Shown piece after piece: positions 12,600 to 25,994 of a stretch of 64,000 nt of DNA. The stretch comes from Octopus sinensis. Its lineage: Eukaryota. A program made the translations under genes and the position numbers. Below the pieces are notes generated by a model. It saw only the letters and a program-made list of their open reading frames with translations. It was not told the DNA's origin and did not search any database. The DNA is taken from positions 63,116,001-63,180,000 of the forward strand of contig NC_042998.1 in assembly GCF_006345805.1 (NCBI RefSeq), given 5' to 3'. How positions within the stretch are numbered: position 1 is the stretch's first letter; the number at the start of each line of letters is the position of its first letter.

Positions 12600-13560
12600 T
12601 TCAAGTCATTATATACGGGTTCGTATGAATGGGTGCGTATAAATGACATATGTGGGTATGTGGGGCTGGAAATGAATGAGATTAAGACGAAATATCTGGT
12701 AGAGAATATTGGGAAGCCAGAGCAGATTATGAATGTAGGCGAGAAGCTATTATATTTGGTTGGAATCTTCCTGTATTTGGGAGCAAACGTTGGGAACACA
12801 GAGAATGATATATATTTCTTTACTACTCACAAGGGGCTAAACACAGAGGGGACAAACAAGGACAGACAAAGGGATTAAGTCGATTACATCAACCCCAGTG
12901 CGTAACTGGTACTTAATTTATCGACCCCGGAAGGATGAAAGGCAAAGTCGACCTCGGCGGAATTTGAACTCGGAACGTAACGACAGACGAAATACGGCTA
13001 CGCATTTCGCCCGGCGTGCTAACGTTTCTGCCAGCTCGCCGCCACAGAGAATGATATAGCTGAGAGGAAGAGCAAGGCCTGGGCATCAAGCCACAAATCG
13101 AGAGCTGTATGGAAGTCGGACCTTCGTAAAGACCTGAAGGTCCATCACTTCGTTGCTGCAGTTGAGTCTGTGCTGGTGCACGGGTCTGAGATTTGGACAC
13201 TGACCAAGAAACTCACTCAGATGGTAGATGAGTGCTACACGAAAATGCTGAGGGTGGCCCTGAACATTAATCAGTATACGCAGGTTATGAAATACTCAGA
13301 GCTGTACGAGAGCCTTCCAAAAGTTGGCTCGAAAATAACACAGAGGAGACCGAGGTAACCTGGACATGCTCACCGTTATTCAGAGATGATACAGAATTCA
13401 GTGCTCCTGTGGGAGCCCCTACATGGACACACAAGAAAATGGAAACCTAGGATGACATATGTTGATGACCTAAGGGCAAAAACTGATCTCTGGGAGGCGC
13501 AGTACATAGCAGCGATGATGAGGGACAAGGACTGCTGGAGAGACCTCGTCCATGGATCTC
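12600..13560 (+). mobile_element. RTE-clade LINE 3' fragment (RT C-terminus), interrupted by a SINE
   Basis: VGLEMNEIKTKYL...FLYLGANVGNTENDI | AERKSKAW...VWKSDL...VESVLVHGSEIWTLTKK...ECYTKMLRVALNI...VLLWEPLHG...RMTYVDDL...MMRDKDCWRDLV are typical of RTE ORF C-termini; contains internal stops. Confidence 0.85.
12813..13043 (-). mobile_element. Full-length young SINE-B with 15-bp target-site duplication
   Basis: tRNA-like head (ggcggcgagctggcagaaacgttagc...gagttcaaattccgccgagg on the minus strand). ACAGAGAATGATATA is duplicated at 12798-12812 and 13044-13058. Confidence 0.92.
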
Positions 13561-14513
13561 AAGAATTTAACTGCCATAGATGTGGATATGTACGCCTGTG
13601 TCTTTTTGTTATCATTAGTATGAGTATTATTGTTAACATGTCTGAAAGCAGTGAACAGTCAGATTTATTAGAAAGTCGAGGGAATAATTTAGGGTGTGTG
13701 TTTCGAATCTTTACATTCTCATTTCAAATTCTGCTGAGGTCACAATTTCCTCTTATACATTTGTGGTCGATAATATCAAGTATCAGACAAGTCCTGGTGT
13801 TGATTGCATCTGACAAGCAAATGGGAAAGCAGTAATTCAAGTAGACAGTGAATATTCTCCGGAATAATCGTTTAAAGATGTTTTTGCTATATGTTGTTAT
13901 TGTTTTTGTTGAATAAAATTTGTTGAAAAAAGTCGCAATAATTATGCACCAACCCAATACTAAATGGTAAGTGAAATACGATGATCAAGTTGGATTGCTC
14001 TTAGATTGGTAACTTTATCCAGTATACCATCACCAACTAGAAATAATTATAGAATAAGACAAACTTAGCTCAATGTTTAACATTTCATTTACTTCGGGAA
14101 ATGAAATATTTCTTGGCTTGTTTCAATGATATTGGGTCTCATCAGCAAAGCCTACACAATACCGAATTGCTGAATCACTAATGGGAGGTGAGGGTTCGTA
14201 AGAGTATATTCAAGATTGTTCAAATCTAGCTAATCTACTAAACCTTAAAATTAACAATAATTATGTGGAAAGGAGAAAAGCAACATTAGAGTAATAATTT
14301 TCTTACTTTTCTTTAGTTAAAGCCGATCATCTGCTTTTTCCCATCATAATCAAAACAGTTTTTTTTTTACTTTTCCACGAAATCAGTGTCTTTCTCTTCA
14401 ATATATCACACATGCACACACATACACACACACAAACACACACACACGCACACACACACATACACACAAACACGCATCTATGTCTATCTATCAATATATA
14501 TGTATGTATGAAT

Positions 14514-14551
<38 letters not shown>

Positions 14552-14584
14552 ACACACATATATATATATATGTATGCATGTATG

Positions 14585-14624
<40 letters not shown>

Positions 14625-15616
14625 ATATTTTGCGTTTTTGTGTAATTGACCATAATTATAAATATGTTTTTATAATGCCTTAGAATTTAATAACAATTAG
14701 TGTACATTAAAGCTACCGTTATTCAGCTTAATGTTTTTTGAAGCAGAATAGTCGTAGGGTTTACTCAGTCGTTTTTCTTCCTTCTTCAAAACCTTATCAT
14801 AGACGACGACGTCGTTAACGTTACCTCCCATTAACCTCCATACAAGCGTCTTTTCTATAACGTCCTATTGTTCAGCTTGTTCTGAACCAACTCGTAATAT
14901 ATTAAAATGATCACGAGTGAAACATTTTAATTCTGTGATGCGACATAACGATTGAATTAAAATTTCATGATAACCCAAACTGGTTTTCATTCCCCTTGTC
15001 TTTATATGAATACCCAACAGAGTAATGTAATAGAAATGGAATTTTTTTAGATAATAACTGCGAAGATTGGAAAGATTAAACATCAAATTTATACATTTTC
15101 TTAATATTCGCAATTTCTATTTGCACACTATCATTTTGTTGGAAATCACATAATTAATTATTTTATTTAAAATTTATGTAATTCGTAATCTCCTGTGACC
15201 TTTGCATCCATTCATAAAACGAACACATAGTAGTTCAGACTGCCGAATAGAAATATCTGCAATGGTTAATTTGTGATATGAATGATGTAAATAAAATTGC
15301 AACGTGCTGTAAATTCAATCAAAACATTCACATCATGATGAGGATTTCATTTCTGAACTAAAAACGAACTAATCACTGACCAATATTTTGAGACTATCAT
15401 CCACTAACGTGGGAGCGTACACGCGCGCGCGCGCACACACACACACACACACACGCACACACACACATACACACACACACGCACACACACACATACACAC
15501 ACGAATACACACGTGTATATATGTCAGTTTATATGTGTGTATGCGTATGCTTGTATACATATGCAGATATGAGTACGTGTCTGAAATATGTGTGTGTTTG
15601 TATGTCTGTGTATATA

Positions 15617-16320
15617 TACAGGGTAGGTGAAAAGTAACTAGGCATTAGAAATTGCTTATGGAACTTTTAGTATCGCTGAAGTTATGACGAAAACATTTTT
15701 TTAAACAGACAACATTAATTGGGTATTTTTAAAATTTTCTTATTGTCTTATTTGTTATTTCCTATTTTCCAGATGGCCGCTCGCTTGACTGTTCAGGAGC
15801 GAGCTAAGATAGCAGGACGCTATGAAGTGTGGAATTCCAATGTTTTGGTTCAGAGATAGCGGCGTGCATGAAAAGGGAAGTATGCAACACTACGTTCGGA
15901 GACAATAAAATGATGTCACGTAAAGTTGACGACCACGGGTTCTGTGGACAATACAAGACAAAATGGACGTCCAACCACGTCCCGATCAGCGGGGAACGTG
16001 GCAACAGTGCAGGAAATTTTTAATTACAGCCTGCAAAAATCAGCACGTCATGCAGCTCGTGAAATTGGACACACAATTTGTACGGTGTTGCATAACGAAT
16101 TGAATTTTCGCCCGTGGAAACTCCATTATTTGCAGGAGCTAAAACTAAAGACCGTGATCGCAGAATTCCAGAAGTCAAGAATTCTAAGAAATCCAGATCT
16201 CAATCCATGTGATTTTTAACTGTGGGATTACAAAAGAAAAAAAAAAGGTGGGATTACACAAAAGACAAACCTCGTACACTTGGAAGCAGGGATTCGGGAG
16301 GTTCTCAATGATATCCTAGA
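15617..16320 (+). pseudogene. Internally deleted Tc1/mariner-superfamily transposon remnant
   Basis: TA|CAGGGTAGGTGAAAAG left end. ATG at 15773 reads MAARLTVQERAKIAGRYEVW..., then GRPTTSRS, SARHAARE, RPWKLHYLQEL and PDLNPCDF*LW, with stops. Confidence 0.8.
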
Positions 16321-17034
16321 CGATGTCTTTCAACATTTTCACATGTTGCCGTTGTTGGTCGCGTTGTGACACATCACTTTGACAGATCACAGAAGCCACA
16401 CACATAGCAATATATAGACCGAACATCAACAGAAAACACGAATGAAACAATAATAGCCACTGCCACGCTACACAACATGACGACTAAAGACAGAAAGGAA
16501 AAGAAAACATACTACAAACATTGTAATACACACGTAATGGACACATGCACATAGCTATGATGAATATGAGGAATAGATATTAGAAAAAACATGTATAAAG
16601 GGCACATATACAAACAACATAGGAAGCGAACCCATACACACACACACAAACAACATACAGTAACTTAACAAACGGCCACAGCCACATCAATAGCATGACC
16701 AACAGCGATATCAGCAACAACAGCAGCAATAACAAGAACAAGAACAATAACTACCACGATGGTAGCAGTTTGGGCGAATACACAAACAGAGGTACAGGAG
16801 TGGCACCAAAAGTCGGGGTCAAGGGCAGCAACAGCGGCAACGGAGGCGGGGAAGGGCCATAGTGCTGCTAAGAACAACGACACACACGCACACACACACA
16901 CACACACACACATATGTACACATACATACAATAGCATTAATAGCCAAGTGTTTCAAATAACAATTACTGTAGTTGTCTAAACGATGCATTAGCAATAGAA
17001 AAAGTTGACTCACCACCAGTAGAATTGTTGCTAC

Positions 17035-18690
17035 AATATTTTACACTATGTAAGACGCCGAGCTACCAGAATCATTAGCACGCCGGGCGAAATGTTTAGC
17101 GGTATTTCGCCTGTCTTTAAGTTCTGAAGTTCAAATTATGTCCAGGTCAACTTTGCCTTTCATCCTTTCGGGGGCCATGAATTAAGTAGCAGTTGCATAC
17201 TGGAGTTGATCTATTCGACTGGCCCCCTTCTCAAAAATTTCGGACCTTGCGCTAGAGAAGAAAAGAATATTTTACACTATGTAAGGCGGCGAACTTGCAG
17301 AAACGTCAGCACGCTGGGCGAAATGCTTTGCGGTATTTCGTCTGTCTTTACGTCTGAGTTCAAATTCCGCCGATGTCGACTTTGCCTTTCATCCTTTCGG
17401 GGTCGATTAAATAAGTACCAGTTACACACTGGGGTCGATATAACCGACTTAATCCGTGTGTCTGTCCTTGTTTGTCCTCTCTGTGTTTAGCCCCTTGTGG
17501 GGTTAAAGAAATAGGTATTTCGTTTGTCTTTACGTTCTGAGTTCAAATTCCGCCGAGGTCGACTTTGCCTTTCATTCTTTCAGGGTCAATAAATTAAGTA
17601 CCAGTTGCATACTGGTGTCAATCTAATCGACTGGATCCCTCCTCCAAAATTTCGGGGTTTGTGCTTAGAATAGTAAAGAATCATTAGCGCGCCGGACTTA
17701 GTATGTAAAGACGGACGAAATGCCGCTAAGCATTAATAGCATTAAGCTGTAAGGCAGTTATTTAATAGTGACAGAGCGTGGATTTAACAGAGATATTCGA
17801 ATTCTGTTCATCATTTCGGGGTCGAAGAAATTAGTATCAGTTACGCACCGGGGTCAATGTAATCAACTTACACCCTCACCCGAAATTGCTGGCTTTGTGC
17901 CAAAATTTGAAACCAATATTAAATGTCTGTGAATCGGTGAGGCACCAGAATCGTTTGTACGTCTGGCAAAATGCTTAGGGATATTTCGTCCGTCTTCACG
18001 TTCTGAGTTCAAATTCTACCGAGGTCGACTTTGTCTTTCATCCTTTCGAAATCGACAAAATAAGTACGACTTAATTTGTCCCCAAAATTGCAGGCCTTAT
18101 GCCATAATTTGAAACCAATATTAAATAATTGCTTGAGAGAAAACATGATAGCCTCGTGAGTGATGATGCATGCATATGAAATCCTGAGCATCTTAGCCAA
18201 GGTTGTATACTGTCCAGAACGTTACAAAGATTTTTTAAGGCTGCAAAATGGCAGAAACATTTGTACACCGGACAAAAAACACAGCAGCATTTTGTCCGCC
18301 TTCATCTTCGGAGTTCAAATTCCACCGAGGTCAGATTTACCTTACAATCTTTCGGGGGCAATAAAATAACTATCAGTTAAATACTGTGGTCGATGTTATT
18401 GACTTACTCCCCCACTACAATTGCTAGGTTTGTGCCAAAATTCGAACGAAAAAAACAATATAAATAAATACTAAAGGCGGCAAGCTGGCTGAATGGTTAG
18501 CACGCCAGACAAAATGCTCACTGGAATTTTGTCCGTCTGCATATTGTGTGTTCGAATGCTGCCGAGGTTTCACTTTTCCCTTGGTCCTTTTGGGGTCGAT
18601 GAATTAAATATGAATTGAGCACTAGAGTTGAAGTAATCGACTTCCCCAGACCCCAAAATTTGCTTGGCTGTGTCAAAATAAAAAGGAAAT
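17035..18690 (+). mobile_element. Head-to-tail cluster of about 7-8 SINE-B copies
   Basis: Repeated core gagttcaaattccgccgaggtcgactttgcctttcatcctttcggggtcgataaa near 17120, 17355, 17535, 17800, 18005, 18310 and 18550, all in the same orientation. Confidence 0.88.
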
Positions 18691-19913
18691 GTTAAATAAC
18701 TGCTTCACCGACAGCGGCTTCGAGGACGAGGTTATAGTCCATGGCTTCGAATCTAGTATGTGTTTGTGGGAGATGGAAAGAATGAAAGCCCAAGGTGAAA
18801 GCCAAGCTGAAAATTGTGAAAGCCAACCGTTGCAATTCGAACTGTAAATGTAAATAGATGAAATAGATACTGCAATGCATTTTTCCTCGGTTCTCTTGAG
18901 ATTCTGCCATCGACTACCTTGTCAGTATGAAATTACATTTTCGAATTTAGCTGCAAGATCAGCAGTGTTCGAGGGAAAGAGCTTAATCGTTATCATAGAC
19001 GCCTTGATTTCAATTGTACTTTATTTTAGCGAGACCAAAATAATGGAAGTCAAAGTTAAACTCGGCACTATTTGAACTAAGAAACTAAAGACTGGGAGTC
19101 ATTTTTTATGCATTTCTTCCGATGCTCTAACCATTCCCCCCCCATCCAAAATCTTGACGATGTAAATTAATGAAAACCAATTTCCGTCGATTTCGTTACT
19201 TCAAATTCTGAAAGCAATTTTCCACAGAGGAAAATATTAAATAAGGGAAAAAAATTCTAACCAAAAAATACTAATCCAGCAAGCCACCAAATTCATCAAG
19301 GTAGAATTTCTTTTGTAGATTACCATACAAAAATCAGAGAACTGCAGATTAGAAATGAAACCGCAGAGACGAAAGAAAAAGTAATGTGTTTGATGTTAAG
19401 AATAGTTCAAGTTAATATGAAGAAAATAGCAATATTATTTGCAGAGAAGAGAAAAAGGTAAAAAAGTACAATAATAATTTTCTTCTGCCTTAAGAACACT
19501 ATGTCACTGACTTGTATGTTATTAAAAGCAATATTTGTTTTAGAAGTAACTAAATTCGCCTGAAGGAGGAGAAAAAAAATCTAGATTTATATCTCGATTT
19601 TCAAATATATTATAGAATATCTCTCCAACGCAAAAAAACATTCTACTGAATATATATATATATATACATATATATTAGTAAATGTATGTGCACACACACA
19701 CACACACACACATACACACACATATACGTATGTGTTTCTGAGTAAAGGTAGTATAATGAAATAATAATAAATCCAGACGATTTATATTGATATGATTTGT
19801 GATACAAGACTATACACGCGTATAAATGTGTCGGATATTACAAGTACACAAAATACCAACATCTATCGATATATCACCCACTCCCACATCCCTCCCTCCC
19901 TACCTAGATACAG

Positions 19914-20420
19914 CACTAAAAATAGATCCGCTAGGTTTCAGCCACCCTTATTAGTTGATTGTAATTATACTACATTTAATTTTGGATGTAGTATCTGTTT
20001 CCGTGAAATTTGGCGGGCTGTGGCAGGTGCACTTGAATTATAACAGCGAATGCAATCGACTGAACCGCACGTGTGTTTATCGTTATGGTAAAATCTAGCG
20101 TGCGGTTGAGTAAATTGTATTCTGGACGGGTTCGGCTGAAGAGCTACAAATATGTTGTGTGAGTAAAATTACATAATTTATTAATAGCGAAACAATTGTC
20201 CTGAACTAATCTGCATTTTTGTTATTTTTTATGTACACTGTCCATTTGCGCTAGTAGTCGTGCAAACTTTCATCGGAAACAATTCTTTGTGGCTGAAACC
20301 TAGCGGATCTATTTTTAGTGATAGAGTCGACCACATAGTGGTTACTCTCTTATATTTATGTATAAAATTTATTGCATTCCGGGTTTTTATGCACTAAGCA
20401 ACTTGTGCACTAAGCACAGT
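19914..20420 (+). mobile_element. Non-coding element with a 32-bp inverted segment and an internal hammerhead ribozyme
   Basis: CACTAAAAATAGATCCGCTAGGTTTCAGCCAC (19914-19945) is the exact reverse complement of 20289-20320. Hammerhead at 20129-20207. Followed by (TG)n. Confidence 0.7.
20129..20207 (+). ncRNA. Type I hammerhead ribozyme with fully canonical core (GUC site)
   Basis: Stem I GGTTCGG(20129-20135)/CTGAACT(20201-20207); CTGAAGA 20136-20142; stem II GCTA/TAGC (G-C closing pair); GAAA 20189-20192; palindromic stem III ACAATTGT; predicted cleavage after C20200. Confidence 0.88.
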
Positions 20421-21264
20421 GTGTGTGTGTATATGTATGTATATATATGTGTGTAAATGAGTAACAAAATGTACAGGTGTCAATACATTACGGCTGTTTC
20501 AAGCTAATCCTTTAATTGATGAATGAAAACATTACATCAGTTGAAAGAAACTGTTCACGTCAGATGACCGCATGGACTTCAAACATAAAGAACACAACCA
20601 TTTCCTTAACGTATTCACATCAATAATGAAGCCTAAAATATTTACATTGTTTCTTTTGTCATATCAGTGACATTCTGCCTCAGATATGACAAAATACAGA
20701 ATGCCATAAGATATGACAATCTGCAGAATGCCACAGATATGACAAAAGAGACAAACAAAATATTTTGAGTTACATTATTGATATGAATATGTTAAGGTAA
20801 TTGCTGTGTCCTTTATATTTTAAGTATATGCGGTCATGTGACGTGAACGGTTTCCTTCAAATGATTTAATGTTTTCATTAATCAATTAAAAGAGCCACTT
20901 GAAACGGACGTAATGTATTGACACCTGTATGTCTTTGTTACTCGTGTATAATTTATTCATCTAACTTGAAATCTGTACTTCGGAAATACTATGGAAAGTA
21001 CTTTTATGAAAAGTATGTCACTGAATTACTCTGATCGGATATTTTCCCTTGGCTGGTTTGCGAGGTCTGAATACAGAGCAGTAATATCAGGTACAAACAC
21101 CACTTCACGGAGTCTTTATATTCAATATTCAATTAATATCGCTTGGGTGTGCGGGTTATACCGACCTAGCAAGGTGCTTCAGTTTAAGTTCCTAATTCAA
21201 CGGAAGATAGATCGCAACCCACTAAACCTTTTTCTATTTTCTCTACCTGTTTATTTCTGTGTTC

Positions 21265-21300
21265 CTTTCTGTCGAAGACCGTAGGCTCGAAACGTAAAAT
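21265..21300 (+). ncRNA. Degenerate minimal hammerhead motif in a Penelope-like 3' end
   Basis: ttt CTGTCGA A GACC gtag GCTC GAAAC GTA aaa. Core A6 is replaced by T, and there is one mismatch in stem II. Confidence 0.5.
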
Positions 21301-21414
21301 ATTTTCTCACTTCCCGAGCGTTAAACTAATACAACTGTTTGTTGTTTAAACATCCATCTTCGACTTTTGTTGCTGTTTTTTTTGTAAATTCTCAATATAT
21401 ATATATGTATATAT

Positions 21415-21872
<458 letters not shown>

Positions 21873-21873
21873 G

Positions 21874-21904
<31 letters not shown>

Positions 21905-21921
21905 ATATATATATATATATA

Positions 21922-22016
<95 letters not shown>

Positions 22017-25000
22017 GTAAGAAAAAAAGGGAGGAGGAGAATATTGATTATCCCACGTGGTGAGTTGTAATACAGAAAAAATATATATGAAATTAAAAGA
22101 AGGAAAATACACACAGTTTACATAGTTTTATTATATTTTCCAATATATATTTTTATAGCTGAAAGAGTATTGTTTATCGACCAGTTTCGCTTCCGCAAAT
22201 TATGACATTGACAGTATTGTATTTCTTATTCTTTTAAGGAAAATTTAGGCCATGTTGTACATAGAAGTTTGTCAATGAAATGCCTCAATAAATAGAACAA
22301 TCTAAGGGGAGATAATTGGCGATCAATATTCAGGAGAGGGGAAGTAATTGCTCATATTTTGGGTACGGATAAATAAATATACAAAACCTCAAAAGCTAAA
22401 GTAGTGAGATGAAATAACGTACTGATGAGTATGTGAACATGAATTAAAATATATCGAGATCAAAGTTGATAATGTGTTCATATTTAGGCATGTTCTGTAT
22501 GTTTCGATAAATAAATTTTCTTTATTTAAAGGTTCTTATACAAAAATTGTTTCTTTATATAGGTAGATGGGAAAACTGTGAAGTTGGTCGGATATTACCT
22601 GCACATCTCTCTCTGTGTTCACTCAAATGAATCTGTCTGTACAGTGGGAAACAGATCTGTTGCGGATGTGGTGCCTTGGCGTGTTTCTACGTCTAAGCAT
22701 CATACTTGCCTGTCCTGTATAGTTATGTAACAACCTGAACAAATTATAGCATAAATTAGATTCTCGGAAGCACATACTGTGTATGTATATATTACTTGTT
22801 TCAGTCATTAGACTACGCCCATCCAGGGGCACTGCCTTGATGAATTTTTGTTAAACTAACCGACCCTACAGCTTATCATTTTTGTAAAGCCAAACAATTA
22901 TTCTATCAGTATCTAATGCTGAACCGCTACGTCACGGGAATGAAAACCAACAAACACCTATTCTCAAGCGATGGTGAGGCCAAATAGTGATTGCCTCGTC
23001 TGCGTCCGTTGAGTTACGGTACAAACTGTCTCAGTAGCTTCTTTTTAATCATGTATGGCCCAAGATGTAACGTTTTGCCTCTCTAAGATCCTAACGGAGG
23101 ACTTGTGGTGAATATGTTTAACACAACACGTCTACGAAACAATTTTCTCTCCCATAAATACAACAGTATCATTCCTTTCATCTGTGTATATACCTTGAGT
23201 GTGATATAGAGATAGATACTATAAATATCAAGGAGTTTTTATTTACAAAATATGGAAAAGATATTGTGAGGTTAGAGTTGTCAACCACCTTAGCCAACAC
23301 TCTTAGCTGCAATATTCGGGCTCCATAGTTTCATTAGACAAAATGGAATAAAATGTGGTATTTAAAAACAGCCTGGTTATGACAGCTACATTCAGTAATG
23401 GTTCTGAGAAATTGCTTTCATATTTTGCTGAAGTTATATTAAATATTTCTAGTTGTTTTTCTTTGCTGGATTTTTAAAAATAAACTTTTCTCTTGTAGCT
23501 TCTTCATATTCTGGCAGAAATGAAATTAACTTTTAGATGTGAAGCGTTAACTGCAGTTAAAGGAAGGCTAGCAGGGGAGTATAACAGGTGCTTCTGGCAG
23601 GAATACGCACAAGCTAATCCACAAACTAAGTGCTCAGGGATAAAACCCTGTTCATGATAATGATGCGTTTAATTTTTGGAGGGACAACTTGTCATAAACA
23701 TAAGATTTTTACGTTAGCGATAACGAGAGAAAATTACTTCAGCTTTCCAAAGATGGGGGAATAAACCATGAAGGGAGTGATAGAAAAAAGGAAGCGGGCG
23801 TTAGTAGAAGGTGAAATTGTATTTGTAATAATGACCTAATTATGTACGGGAGGTAAAAGAGAAATAGAGGAATTAAAACTATGAACTATCGGAGATACTG
23901 AGTAAATGTATCTAGTTTTATTCACAATTGCCACCAGGGCCATTACCCATTATTTCAAATAGTTAAATGCAAACCTATGAACATATGTAAAATCAGACAT
24001 ACATACAGACTCATACATGAAACACATATGAATGGTTTAATGAAAAAAAGGAACAACAAAACAAAGGTGCGGAACAGAACTCGAAACACGAGTTCCTCTA
24101 TATTTAATGACGAAAAATCAATTGGCAGCGGTTAAAGGGCTCTTCAAAGGTCAATTGCATTGTACGAAACTCTCAGCCCTTGAGTCCCTGCACTTCTGCA
24201 GCTCAAAAATAAAAAACAAATTTAACGAAGGTAAAACCCCAAATCACGATATATAAGTACATATATTCATACTTACACACTCACACACGCAAGCACACAT
24301 ACATATACATATCTATATGTATATATACTGAGAGAAATAGAGATAGAGTGAGATTGAAAGAGAGAGAGGGAGGGAGAGAGAGAGAAAGAAAGAAAGAAGA
24401 CAAGAAATGAAAATTTAGTTAAAATTAAACAAACACACATACATATACATATCTATATGTATATATACTGAGAGAGATAGAGATAGAGAGACATTGAAAG
24501 AGAGAGAGAGAGAAAGAATGGAAGAAAAAAATGAAAATTTAGTTAAAATTAGCTGTTTGCCAAAGTACAAGAAATGAATTCAAAGAAATAAGAGAATCGA
24601 TGAACAGGAAGAAGAGAAAATATATAAAGGGCGAGAAAAAGTCGAAGTTATACGCAATGCATTGAGATCTATAATTTGTGATATTTATAGAAGAACGATA
24701 ACAAGAGTAAGAATCCCAGAAGAATAGAGAATGGTAGAGAAAAAGAACAGGGAATAGAGACGGGGGAAGATGAACTATGAAAAGAAAATAAATTGAAAGG
24801 AAAGAAGCATAATAATTAAATGCAAAATTAAGAAAGAGAATGGAGCAATAAATATAAATTGTTGTTGAGAAGATTCAAGACTTATATGCTTTGGGGAAAT
24901 GAAATAACCTGCATAGAATGAAACCCAGGGGGCAAAATAAAGTTTAGAGATATTTAGTTCTTGTTGTTGGTCAGCTCTTTCTCAGCTGTAATCAAGTAGA

Positions 25001-25836
25001 TTTATGATCAAAGTAGTTTCAAATGTGATAATCTTGTGTTATTCTGTGGTCTACAAGGAGGTTCAGGGCCGCGTAAACAGCCATTCTCTCCAATGCATTA
25101 TATTAAAAGTAAAACTAGCAAGTATGGTTATAGGAGCGGGCTTGGCTATGGACGGAAACGTGGCTGCGTGGTTAAGAAGCCCACTTTGCGAACTCATACT
25201 TTAAGGTTGAGTTCCACTGCGTGGCGCTTTGGGCAAGTGTCTTCTTCTATGGCACCGGAACATTTAGTGCATGTGACTTATTCTATTAAACGAAAGTCTG
25301 TCATGTGTGTGTGTGTGAGAGAGAGAGTTTCTTGGTACTTATTGTTCGACCGCATTCTGTCTCGCTCGACAACTGTTTTTAGTTTGTTTCTCCGTAAATT
25401 AGCGGGTCGGCAAAGCGCACGGGATTGCAAATGTAAGGTGAAATGTGTTGCATATACGTGTGCACGTGAATAAATTACGACAAATAACGATGGAAGCCCG
25501 ATATTGTATACTGTTTACCAGTTTCTGTGTACTTTTTACTACACAAAACTAACACCATCTTTCTCTTGTCATTCTATGCAGATATTCAATATCTTTATTC
25601 CACAATCATATGCATATGCACTCAAATCCTCACGTATATGAAGATACTGATAAGGAAATGATTTTATTCTCAAACGCAGGATAATGATAATAATATATTA
25701 TGAACATGATAAACTATTCATATTTTGCAGAAAAATCTGTAGGCGTTTGAGAATAAAATTATTTCCTTATCTGTATATTTCAATACATCTCAACTCTTCT
25801 AAAGCAAACTTTGTTGCGTCACGTATATGTTTTCAG

Positions 25837-25994
25837 AAGAACAACATTCTGAACCATATACCTCATCACAACTAATCAACGCTGCTCTATTCAAAAGGCT
25901 GTGTTGTAAGATGCTTGCTTCCACGCGCATGCGTTGGTCAGTGTTTTTGTTTTTCTTTGCAATGATAGGAGTCACGGCGCCGTACACCAACGTC
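25837..25994 (+). CDS. Candidate exon ending in a signal-peptide-like segment (MLASTRMRWSVFLFFFAMIGVTAPYTNV)
   Basis: Acceptor ..gttttcag at 25836, open frame, ATG at 25911, hydrophobic stretch, canonical donor gtgagt at 25995. No downstream exon or homolog identified. Confidence 0.3.

Noticed and set aside
12960-13043. tRNA genes at SINE heads
   Set aside because: They are tRNA-derived SINE heads continuous with SINE core and tail, without a complete cloverleaf.
14100-14150. Minus-strand CTGATGAGACCC...GAAAC motif
   Set aside because: No stem II pairing and no NUH triplet in register.
17035-18690. CRISPR-like or satellite array
   Set aside because: The units are diverged SINE copies of unequal length in a eukaryotic context, with no constant repeat-spacer structure.
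19914-20320. CACTA/EnSpm MITE
   Set aside because: No 3-bp TSD (cag versus ata), sequence appears to continue past the right repeat, and there is an internal ribozyme.
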